A DNA stretch of 64,000 nucleotides from Alphaproteobacteria bacterium (GTDB taxonomy: Bacteria; Pseudomonadota; Alphaproteobacteria; UBA828): positions 64,131 to 128,130 of the forward strand of contig CBDEUT010000006.1 in assembly GCA_965243375.1 (NCBI GenBank). Direction: 5' to 3'. The translations under genes were made by a program, and so were the position numbers. This document shows positions 9,070 to 17,693 of the stretch, one piece after another. How positions within the stretch are numbered: position 1 is the stretch's first letter; each line of letters begins with the position of its first letter. Under the pieces are notes generated by a model, which made no database searches, had not been told where the DNA came from, and saw only the letters and a list, made by a program, of their open reading frames with translations.

Positions 9070-9900
9070 GCCGGGAAGGTAGCAACCGCTCCCTACCGCG
9101 TCAACCCGGCTCGCATCATGGCCGCCGCGCCCTACTGAATCGGTCAGCGGAGGCCGGACCCGGCCGCGCGGCGACGGAGCCGCTGTCGCGCGTCCTGGGT
9201 CGGCCCGAAGGGGACAGGAGTATCATGGAAAAGTCGTGATCGCCGGGCGCGGCGGCGTGTATCGGTGCGACATGCGCCGGGAAGCCGCCGGGAGCCACGG
9301 TTCTCCAGGGAAGCGCACCGGAAGCCTCTAACCCGTTGAAATTCCGCGATGTGTTCGTAGCGTGTTACATCGCAATACGGCGTGTCGCGCCAGAGCATGC
9401 GCACTTTTCCAAGGGTTCTCCGGAGAATTATCGGGGACATGAGGCGACAGGGGGGAGCTTGGGGGAGCCACAGGGTGACAGGGGATGACAGGGCACCATG
9501 GTGCGGCAGGTGTGTAACCCTTAACGCCCGAAGGGCGTCGAGCAACGCCCCTCCACACGCAAGCGCTTCGGGCCGAGGAAACCATGCGGTTCCCACAGTT
9601 TAGCCCGAGCGGCGCTTGAGCGCCCGGCCTCGCCGCGCATGCGATGAAGACGGTTCCGGACCCGCCGCGCAGCTTACCGGGTCATTATAGGAAGCACGCC
9701 TGGCGGCGCAAGCGCGCTGTTGGCGGTCGTGGTCGACGGGACGGAGGTTGTCCCGGTAGTCAATAGGGGGGACCCGCGCGGCTTCGCGTAGCGCCTCGCG
9801 TTACGCGGAGCGAAGACGCGCGGGGGGTGCCTGTTGACCCACCGGGGCAACCGGGCCGCGTGCTCGTGCCGGCGCCACGACGACACCGGCGGCGATGCCG

Positions 9901-11076
9901 TCACGGATCGGACGCGCCGGGGGCGAGCGACATCGCCTCGGCGATGATGCTGCCGACATGCTCGGCCGCCGCGACGAGGTGGTCGTCGGCCAGATGCGCA
10001 TAGCCGGCGGTCGTGGACTGGCGGCGATGCCCGAGCAGCTTGCCGACCAGGGGCAGGTTCTCGCCGGACATGACGGCGTGACTCGCTACGGCGTGTCGCA
10101 GATCGTGGAGCCGCGCCCGGCCGATCCCGGCGTCGGCGCAGATCGCGTGCCATCGGACCCGCACCTGGTCCTGCCACCATGCGCTTCGGGCGTGCTCGGG
10201 GAACACGAACGCGTCGGGCCGCCGCTCGCCGGGGAGCGCATCGAGGATCGCGCGCGCGGGCGAACCCAGCGGCACGGTGCGCGGCCCGGCCTTGGCGTCG
10301 TCGAGCTGGATCGTGTCCCGCCCGATGTTGCGCCAGCGCAGTGTCAGCACCTCGCCGCGCCGGCAACCGGTAAGCGCGAGCAGCCGGATCGCGGCGACGG
10401 TCTCGGGCCAGTCGGCGGCGCGCGCGTCGAGCGCACGGCCGAGCCGTTCGAGCTCGCCGGTGTCGAGGAAGCGCGCGACCGGCTTCTTCGGGTTCATCCT
10501 GATCCCGAGACAGGGGTTGGTGCCGGGCGCCCGCCATCCCCACTCCTCGGCCCGGAACATCATCGCGCGCAGGATCTCCAGCGCCCGGTTCGCCGCGCCG
10601 GGCCAGTCGCGGCTCGCGGCGTCGAACCAGGCGGCCACGTCTTCGGGGCCGAGCATGTCGAGCCGCATGGCGCCGAACGCGGGCAGGATGCGCGCCTTGA
10701 GATAGATGTGCACGGTCCGGCGTCCCGACGGCTTCAGGCCGGGGCCGCAACAGCGCAGATACTCGTCGGCGAAGTCCTTCACCGTCGGCGCGGCCCTCGC
10801 CTTGCGGGCCTCCTCGGCGGGATCGTCGCCCGCGCGGATACGCGCCAGCATCTCGCGGGCGCGGCGCCGCGCTTCGGCCAGCGCGATCTCGCCGTGCCGG
10901 GCTAGGCCCAGGCGCCGGGTCCGGCCGTCGATGCGCGCCTGGACGATCCACACCTTGCGCCCGCTCGGATGGATGCGCAGCCCGAAGCCCGGCAGCGCCC
11001 GGTCGAACAGGATGGTCTCCTTCTCGCCGGGCCGGCTGTCGCGGGCGAGCTTCGCGGTCAGGTCAACCGTCGGCAT
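9901..11076 (-). CDS. tyrosine integrase (second gene of tandem pair), 391 aa
   Basis: HDLRHAVASHAVMSGENLPLVGKLLGHRRQSTTAGYAHL catalytic region. N-terminal LPGFGLRIHPSGRKVW arm-type domain. Start overlaps the upstream integrase gene by 14 nt. Confidence 0.85.
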   Translation of the reverse strand: MPTVDLTAKLARDSRPGEKETILFDRALPGFGLRIHPSGRKVWIVQARIDGRTRRLGLARHGEIALAEARRRAREMLARIRAGDDPAEEARKARAAPTVKDFADEYLRCCGPGLKPSGRRTVHIYLKARILPAFGAMRLDMLGPEDVAAWFDAASRDWPGAANRALEILRAMMFRAEEWGWRAPGTNPCLGIRMNPKKPVARFLDTGELERLGRALDARAADWPETVAAIRLLALTGCRRGEVLTLRWRNIGRDTIQLDDAKAGPRTVPLGSPARAILDALPGERRPDAFVFPEHARSAWWQDQVRVRWHAICADAGIGRARLHDLRHAVASHAVMSGENLPLVGKLLGHRRQSTTAGYAHLADDHLVAAAEHVGSIIAEAMSLAPGASDP

Positions 11077-12259
11077 GGCCGCCCCCTCCCTCCCGCTCCC
11101 GGCCGCTTCCGGCCAGCGCCGCCTGGATGCGCCCGGAGACGCGCTCGGCGGCCTCCGCGACCGACCGGTCCGACAGGTGGACGTAGCGCTCGGTGGTCTC
11201 GACCAGGGCGTGGCCGAGCAGCTTGGCGATGGTCACCATGTCCACGCCGTTCATGGCGGCGACGGAGGCCCAGCTATGCCGGCAGTCATGCAGGCGCACG
11301 TCGAACAGCCCGGCCTCGCGGCGGATACGGCCCCACTGCACGTCGATGTTCCGGATCGGCCGGGTCGGCGGGCGGCCCGGAAACAGATACGGGCAGTCCT
11401 CGCCGTAGCGCGGGATCGCATCGATCACCGCGCGCGCGGCTCCCGACAGCCACACCGTGCGCGGCCCCGACTTCGAATCGGGAAGCATGATGCGCTTGTC
11501 CCTGATCCAGTCCCATTCGAGCGCGAGGACCTCGCCGACCCGGCAGCCGGTCAGCAGCAGCAGGCGAATGACGGCGACGACATGCGGGCACCAGAACTCG
11601 TCGCGGGTGAGCACGGCGTTGAGCCGGGCGAACTCCTCGGGCGTGAGATAGCGTTCCTTGGGCGCCATCGGGTAGCGCCGGGTGTTCCGGCAGGGGTTGG
11701 TGTTGTGGAGGCGATAGCCCCACAGTTCGGCCGTCTTCATCATCACCGACAGCACCGGCATCGCCCGGTTGGCGGTGCCGGGCCGGTTGGCCATGGAGGC
11801 GAACCAGTCCTGAACGTGCTCGACCGCGATGGCGTCCACGGTCATGTCCCCGAAGGCGGGCAGGATGACGTCGCGGATGAAGCGCCGGTTGCCCGCCAGC
11901 GTGCTCGGCTTCCAGTGACGCGCGTGACGTTCGATGAACTCCTCGGCGAACTCCGTCATGGGACGGCCGGGATATCGGGGGCCGTCCCCCGTCTCCGGCG
12001 TCTCAACCAAGGTCGTGAGCGCCCGGCGCGCCTGGTTGCGCGCCTCGGGCAGGCTCATCCGGTCGGCAGGTCCGAGGGTGACCGAACGCACCCCGCCGTC
12101 GGGCAGCCGGCGGCGCAGGAAGAAGCGCCGGGCGCCGTTCGGGTAGATGCGCACACCGAGCCCGGAGATCGCGTCGTCCCAGACGGCATACTCCTTCTCG
12201 CGGGGCCGGGCCGCCGCGATGCGACGGGCGAAGGAAGGGCGGGAATCTGGCTTTGCCAT
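11063..12259 (-). CDS. tyrosine integrase (first gene of tandem pair), 398 aa
   Basis: HDCRHSWASVAAMNGVDMVTIAKLLGHALVETTERYVHL. An identical protein is encoded at 62575-63771 on the plus strand. Confidence 0.85.
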   Translation of the reverse strand: MAKPDSRPSFARRIAAARPREKEYAVWDDAISGLGVRIYPNGARRFFLRRRLPDGGVRSVTLGPADRMSLPEARNQARRALTTLVETPETGDGPRYPGRPMTEFAEEFIERHARHWKPSTLAGNRRFIRDVILPAFGDMTVDAIAVEHVQDWFASMANRPGTANRAMPVLSVMMKTAELWGYRLHNTNPCRNTRRYPMAPKERYLTPEEFARLNAVLTRDEFWCPHVVAVIRLLLLTGCRVGEVLALEWDWIRDKRIMLPDSKSGPRTVWLSGAARAVIDAIPRYGEDCPYLFPGRPPTRPIRNIDVQWGRIRREAGLFDVRLHDCRHSWASVAAMNGVDMVTIAKLLGHALVETTERYVHLSDRSVAEAAERVSGRIQAALAGSGREREGGGGHADG

Positions 12260-13128
12260 GTGGCGGCTCCTTAGTCAGGGGCCGCGCGGCAGCGGGTCAA
12301 TATAGGAAGCGGCCGCGGCGGCGATTGCACAGGCAAGCCACGGGGCCGGAAGAGACAGGGTGTACCCTAACCCGCTCTAACTACGGAACTTTCTCTCCAT
12401 CCATGCATCGGCGAGACCAGGCAGAAATTGCGCGGTACGGGCGGCAGGTGTGAAGACCTTAACTCGCGTCAGCGAGTCAATTGGAATTGGGCGTTCAGCC
12501 TCAATGTCGGACGATGGCAACAAGGCGGTTCAAGGCTTTAGCCCAAGTGGCGCTTGAACGGGAATCGGCCCGAACGCGTGAGGGATTGACGCTGCGATCC
12601 GCAAGCGGCTTGCAGAGGGTCACTATAGGAAGCGCGGAAGACGATCCGGTGCACCGAGACAGGCACGAGGTCCATCACGGCATCCGTCTGCACTGTCGGC
12701 GCATCTGCCACGAACGATGACGGGACCGGCTGCACCGGGCTCGGCATCACTGCGGACCGTCCTGTCGGCGATGCTGTCGGCCGGGTCGTCGATGCTGTCG
12801 TCGCCGGTGACGGCGAGCGCGCGGCGCCGGGCGTTGGTGTCGCGGTCGCCTTTGCCGGCGATGTCCGGGCGGCGGACAGCGGCGAGGGGATCGCCGAAGA
12901 CGCGCAGACGCGACCGGTTGTTGCCTTGCGCTCCAGGCGGTTGCGGCTTACGGTACGCGAAATCGGAACAGGCGACGCTCGGCAGAAGTGCGCGCCGCAC
13001 GGGGTGCCATGCCGGGCGACAGGTGCGGAGGCGACGCGATGAACCCGATGACCATGTTGAGCGACGGTGTGGCGGCGTTTCGCGCGATGACGGCGAGCGG
13101 GCTGGAACGCTGGTCCGGCGTTTTGCGC

Positions 13129-13160
13129 TTGACTTCCGCAACTGACGCTCCGGGTATAAT
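13129..13160 (+). promoter_or_regulatory. sigma70-like -35 TTGACT and -10 TATAAT upstream of the repeat tract and the Calx-beta gene
   Basis: Near-consensus hexamers in 68% GC DNA, but the spacer is 20 nt, which is non-optimal. Speculative. Confidence 0.3.
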
Positions 13161-13161
13161 G

Positions 13162-13249
13162 CCGGGTCGCCGGGTCGCCGGGTCGCCGGGTCGCCGGGTC
13201 GCCGGGTCGCCGGGTCGCCGGGTCGCCGGGTCGCCGGGTCGCCGGGTCG
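13162..13249 (+). repeat. tandem octanucleotide repeat (CCGGGTCG) x 11
   Basis: Perfect 8-bp units directly downstream of the TATAAT hexamer. Ends 24 nt before the ATG of the 889-aa surface protein gene. Confidence 0.9.
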
Positions 13250-13273
13250 CCCTTCCTGTGCGCGCGTTTAGTC

Positions 13274-15943
13274 ATGAGCGCGCCCGCATCGCGGGACCGC
13301 TCCCGCCCGCCGGCCTCCCCGCCTGAGTTTTCCGCCTCCGGCCGGCGCTGCGATACAGCCCGGTCCGCTTCTTCCTCCGACAGCTTCGGTTCTTCCTCCG
13401 CCCGCACGGCCGCGGGCGTCCGCCCTGCCGCCCGCAGCCTGCGGCGCGGCTTTGCCGCCGCGCTGCTCTGCCTGCCGCTGCTCGCCCCCTTCGCCCTGCC
13501 CGCCGCCGCGCAGACGGCGACGGCGTTCGTCAGCAACCTCGGTCAGACGACTATTTCTACCGAAGCTGAACTCAACGACGACGCCGCTCAGGATTTCACC
13601 ACCGGCCGCCACGCATCGGGCTACAAACTGACCGGCGTTGATATGGAATTCGGCACCGTAAGTCAGGCAGGCACCCATTCGACCTTCACCGTCGCCATCC
13701 ATGAAGATTCCAGCGGCAGTCCGGGCACCCTGGTCGGCACCCTGACGGTTCCCTCCATCTCGACGGGGAGCGACCAGACAATCAGCTTCGCGGCGTCCGG
13801 CGATGGCCTCGACCTTGCGCCGAACACCCGATACTGGATCGTGTTCGACGTTACCGCAGCCGGGATTGGTAGTGGTTCTGAAGGTTTGTCTCTTGTGACT
13901 GTGAACTCGGAGGATGCCGGCGCCGCGTCCGGCTGGGAAATCGGCAACAACTCACTTTATCGCAACTGGGATGCCAGCTCCTGGAATACCGACTCCAACA
14001 GCCTCCAGTTCCAGGTCAACGGCACGGCGAACCCCGTCGCCACCCTCTCCATAACCGCCCCTGGGGACGCAGCCGAGGGCAACGCGGACACGCGTGACCT
14101 GACCTTCACGGTGACCCTGAGCGAGCCGGTGTTGGTAACCGTCAGCTATCAGGTCTGCTTCTCGGGCACCGCGACCATCGATCTGACCGGTGCCGCGACG
14201 ATACCCGCCAGCGCGGATTACCAGCCTCGCTATGTTGCTGTGACCAACAACCCAAGCGCCTCGGCCTGCATCACCGGCGGGAACATCGCACCCGGGCAGG
14301 TCACCAGCAAACATGTCGGCATCCGCGTCAAGGGCGACACCGAGGGCGAGTTCGACGAGTCGGTGATCGCGACGCTGTCGTTTTTCGGCACCCCGCGTCC
14401 GGGCGTTGAGCTTGGCACGTCGGAGGCGACGCACTGGATCCGCGACGACGACGGTGCGGCGCTGACGCTCCGCTACGGCGCGGGGCGGGCCAACGCGCCG
14501 GAGGGCAGCACGACGGGGTACGGGGAGTTCTACCTGTACCCGTTCAACCGGGCGCTCGGCTCGGGCGAGACGGTGACCGTGCCGCTGTCCTTCACGGGCG
14601 GGACGCTGGGGACGGACTTCACGCTCTCGGTCGACCCCAACCACGGGTTCGCGTCGGCGGTGCTGAGCGGGAGCACGGTGACGATCACCGGCCCCGGGCC
14701 GAGGAGGCTGCTCTATCTGCGCGTCTTCGCGCCCGACGACACCGACACGACGGACGAGACTGTGACGCTGGGCGTCGGGGCGGCGACCAGCACCGTCGGC
14801 ACGGTCAGGCCCGACAAGCAAGGCAACGCCCAGGTCACGCTGTACGACGACGACGTCTCGCAGTCGCTCACGGTCGAGTTCACCCGGTCCGCGTTCACGG
14901 TCGACGAGCCCGACGATCCGTCGCAGCCGGTGCTGCGGCTCTCCGAGGTGCCGCGCAGCGACATCGCGATACCGGTGACGGTGAGCGACGGCACGGCGGT
15001 GCGCGGCGAGGACTATACGAGTGCGGCGACGCGGACCGTGACCTTCCCGGCCGGGAGTGCGGCGAGCCGGAGTTTCGATATCACGATCATCGACGACGCC
15101 GACTACGAGCCGGTCGACGAGACCTTCACGGTGGCCATCGACACTTCCTCGCTGCCCGCCGGGGTGACGGCGAAGGCGGGGGGCAACCTCCAGGCGACGG
15201 TGACCATCGTGAGCGAGGACCCGGAGGCGGACCCGATCTCCGACAGCGACTTCCTCGTCCTGGGGACCTTCGAGGAGCTCCAGTACGAGGAGCACGACCG
15301 CCGGGGCCCGGACTTCGCGGTGCACCGGCTGAGGAAGGCCAACAACGGCACCATCCCCGACGCCTGGGGGTTCCGGCTCTGCTTCGCCGGCACGGCGACC
15401 TGGGGCGCGGACTACCGGGTGAAGGCCCGCAACGGCAGGGTGCTGACGCTGGACGGCAACGGCTGCACGGCGCGCAACAGCGCGGCCTATGGCACCGCGG
15501 TGCCGGCGGGCAGCGACCGGTCGTGGTTCTCCGTCGAGCCCATCGACGACGCCCACGAGGATTCGGGCGAGACCATCGTGATCTCGGTCTCCAAGCCGTA
15601 CAACACCAACCTGTTCGGCGGCGGCCCGGCCGGCGAACCCAAGGTCAGCTACGGCAAGGACAGCCTCACCTTCGTCATCCTGAACCACGAGATCGTGGAG
15701 CATGCCAAGGCGGAGCCGGCGGTGCAGGTCTCCTCCGGGACCGGGGGCACGGAGGGCGAGGCGGTCCAGTTCACGCTCCAGGCGGTGCCGGCGCCGGCCT
15801 CGCCGTTCGACGTGACGCTGACGGTGAGCCAGGAGGGCGACCATGTGGCGGCAAAGGACCTCGGTCCGCGCACGGTGACGGTGCCCGTGAGCGGCACGGT
15901 GACGGTGAGCGTCCCGACGGTTGAGCGCGCTCTCGGTATCTGA
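13274..15943 (+). CDS. large secreted protein with Calx-beta repeats (surface or adhesin-like), possibly C-terminally truncated
   Basis: Signal-peptide-like RRGFAAALLCLPLLAPFALPAAAQTA. Repeated TFxxGxxxxxFxIxIxDDxxxExxExFTV Calx-beta motifs; Thr/Gly/Asp-rich. The stop lies immediately before the degenerate end of transposon copy C. Confidence 0.7.
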   Translation: MSAPASRDRSRPPASPPEFSASGRRCDTARSASSSDSFGSSSARTAAGVRPAARSLRRGFAAALLCLPLLAPFALPAAAQTATAFVSNLGQTTISTEAELNDDAAQDFTTGRHASGYKLTGVDMEFGTVSQAGTHSTFTVAIHEDSSGSPGTLVGTLTVPSISTGSDQTISFAASGDGLDLAPNTRYWIVFDVTAAGIGSGSEGLSLVTVNSEDAGAASGWEIGNNSLYRNWDASSWNTDSNSLQFQVNGTANPVATLSITAPGDAAEGNADTRDLTFTVTLSEPVLVTVSYQVCFSGTATIDLTGAATIPASADYQPRYVAVTNNPSASACITGGNIAPGQVTSKHVGIRVKGDTEGEFDESVIATLSFFGTPRPGVELGTSEATHWIRDDDGAALTLRYGAGRANAPEGSTTGYGEFYLYPFNRALGSGETVTVPLSFTGGTLGTDFTLSVDPNHGFASAVLSGSTVTITGPGPRRLLYLRVFAPDDTDTTDETVTLGVGAATSTVGTVRPDKQGNAQVTLYDDDVSQSLTVEFTRSAFTVDEPDDPSQPVLRLSEVPRSDIAIPVTVSDGTAVRGEDYTSAATRTVTFPAGSAASRSFDITIIDDADYEPVDETFTVAIDTSSLPAGVTAKAGGNLQATVTIVSEDPEADPISDSDFLVLGTFEELQYEEHDRRGPDFAVHRLRKANNGTIPDAWGFRLCFAGTATWGADYRVKARNGRVLTLDGNGCTARNSAAYGTAVPAGSDRSWFSVEPIDDAHEDSGETIVISVSKPYNTNLFGGGPAGEPKVSYGKDSLTFVILNHEIVEHAKAEPAVQVSSGTGGTEGEAVQFTLQAVPAPASPFDVTLTVSQEGDHVAAKDLGPRTVTVPVSGTVTVSVPTVERALGI

Positions 15944-16200
15944 TGGCGCGGTGATCGGTTTGTTTGATGGGCATCGTTCGCGGCTGGTGGGGTGACCGGG
16001 GGTGTCGGACGGCCGTCGGCGGGTCAAGCCGCTACGCGGCTCCTCCGCTTCGCTCCGGCCCTTCGGGTGACCCCCCGCCGTCCATCCGACGGAGTGCATC
16101 CATGGCCGTAAGCAAGCTTCCGGCCACGGGCCGATCGCTCGACGCAGTGCGGCAACGGGGGCTGGCGAGGGGTGTTACCCGTTACCGTTACCCTGCCTCC

Positions 16201-16767
16201 CTAGGGGTTCGAGGCGGTAACGGTTTTCGGTAACGCGTCGTTGCGGCCCGCGTGGTTGACGGCGGCCGGCGGCGCCGCGTTTTCGGCGGCGAGGCGGTAA
16301 CCGCCCTGGGGTGCGCGTTCGACGCGCCCGGCGCGGACGAGCTTGCTCAGCGCTTCGGCGACGGTTGCGGGCCGGGTTGCCGCGCGCTCGCGGATCTGGC
16401 GCTGCGAGAGCGGTGCATCGGCGTCGGCGAGGGCTTGGAGGATGCGCCGTTCGGGTGTTTCCGGCTCCGGCGCGGCCTCGGCCGGCACCGGCCGCCGCAA
16501 GCGCAGGGCGGGTCCCTCGCCGTCATCGGCGAGTTCGATCTCGATGTCGGCGAGGCCTGGAGCGGCGCGATGCTCGACGGTCATGACGATCTGCTTGTCG
16601 CGGCGGCGCAGATAGAGGTTGCTGTCGCCCCAGGCATGGAGCTCGGACGACCCCCTGAGCGCCTGGCCCGGCCGGCTGGCACCGCTCTTGCGGGCATGGT
16701 GGACGAGCAGGACGGCGGTCTCGAAGCGGCGCTGGAGGTCGCGCAGGAAGCCGAGTATGGGAGCGAC
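16201..16767 (-). pseudogene. AAA_25 RecA-like ATPase gene of copy C, C-terminal fragment (split by IS66)
   Basis: APILGFLRDLQRRFETAVLLVHHARKSG... near-identical to the C-terminal half of the copy A/B protein. Confidence 0.7.
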
Positions 16768-16877
16768 GTAAGCATCCGGCGGGGACCGTCTGTGCGATAA
16801 GCTGAAAATCGGCGAGTGTTCGCGATCGGTGGTGGGCACCGTGGTGCCCACCGTGGAGCAGACGGAGGCGATCGCGG

Positions 16878-17282
16878 ATGTCGAATGAACAGCAGGCGAA
16901 TTTGGGTGCCGAGGCCGAGGCCGGGAAACGCCGCCGGGCCCGGAAGTGGAGCGACGCCGACAAGCGGCGGATCGTTGCGGAGAGCTACGCGCCCGGCGCC
17001 ACGGTGACGGCGGTGGCGAAGCGCAACGACGTGCGCGCCAATCTGGTGTTCGATTGGCGACGTCGGTTTCGCGAGGAGGATGGCGAGGCCGGGGGCGGCG
17101 GGTTCGTGCCGGTGATTGTCACGCCGTCGGGCGATGCACCGCCGGAGGACGGCTACTTCGGCGCAGCGCCGGCGGCCGGGCGGATCGAGATCGCGCTTTC
17201 CGGTGGCGTGCGGGTGACGGTTGACGGAACGGTGGATGCCCCTGCGCTGGCGCGGGTGCTTGCGGTCGTGGAGCGCCGATGA
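16878..17282 (+). CDS. tnpA: IS66 TnpA (Orf1)
   Basis: 134 aa; ...RRIVAESYAPGATVTAVAKRNDVRANLVFDWRRRF... typical IS66 Orf1. Confidence 0.85.
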   Translation: MSNEQQANLGAEAEAGKRRRARKWSDADKRRIVAESYAPGATVTAVAKRNDVRANLVFDWRRRFREEDGEAGGGGFVPVIVTPSGDAPPEDGYFGAAPAAGRIEIALSGGVRVTVDGTVDAPALARVLAVVERR

Positions 17283-17626
17283 TCCCGGTCCCGGGCAGCG
17301 TGCGGGTGTGGTTGGCGACCGGGGTGACGGACATGCGCCGTGGCATGAACACGCTGGCGCTTCAGGTTCAGGAGGGTCTCGGCCGCGATCCCCACGCGGG
17401 GGATCTCTACGTGTTCCGCGGACGCCGCGGCGATCTCGTCAAAATTTTGTGGCATGACGGTCTCGGGTTCTCGCTCTACGCCAAGCGCCTGGAGCGGGGC
17501 CGGTTCACTTGGCCGTCGGCATCGGGCGGCGCACTGTCGATCAGCTCGGCGCAGCTCGCCTACCTGCTTGAGGGGATCGAGTGGCGCAACCCGGTTCGCA
17601 CTTGGCGCCCGTCGCGGGTGGGCTGA
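17279..17626 (+). CDS. tnpB: IS66 TnpB (Orf2)
   Basis: 115 aa; MIPVPGSVRVWLATGVTDMRRGMNTLA...DLYVFRGRRGDLVKILWHDGLGFSLYAKRLERGRF; 4-nt overlap with tnpA. Confidence 0.85.
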   Translation: MIPVPGSVRVWLATGVTDMRRGMNTLALQVQEGLGRDPHAGDLYVFRGRRGDLVKILWHDGLGFSLYAKRLERGRFTWPSASGGALSISSAQLAYLLEGIEWRNPVRTWRPSRVG

Positions 17627-17693
17627 GGCCGGGCGAATCACCCTGCGCGATTGGCAATTGCCGTGAGGCTGCGAATCTGATTCATTCCCGGCC

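Noticed and set aside
9144-9596. 150-aa minus-strand ORF in the 9.1-9.9 kb gap
   Set aside because: No Shine-Dalgarno and Arg/Pro-rich composition. The region is better explained as a non-coding att or regulatory region.
9503-9720. The roughly 200-bp conserved blocks flanking the integrase pair as tRNA or tmRNA genes
   Set aside because: They contain hairpins, but I could not fold a cloverleaf (no acceptor/T-arm pairing). More consistent with att arms or regulatory sequence, and reported as such.
13162-13249. Possible CRISPR array
   Set aside because: Perfect 8-bp tandem units with no spacers. It is a microsatellite, not a CRISPR array. No CRISPR repeat and spacer architecture anywhere in the window.
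13952-16099. 715-aa minus-strand ORF antisense to the Calx-beta gene
   Set aside because: Antisense to a gene with strong Calx-beta repeats and a signal peptide. Arg-rich junk composition typical of GC-rich antisense frames.
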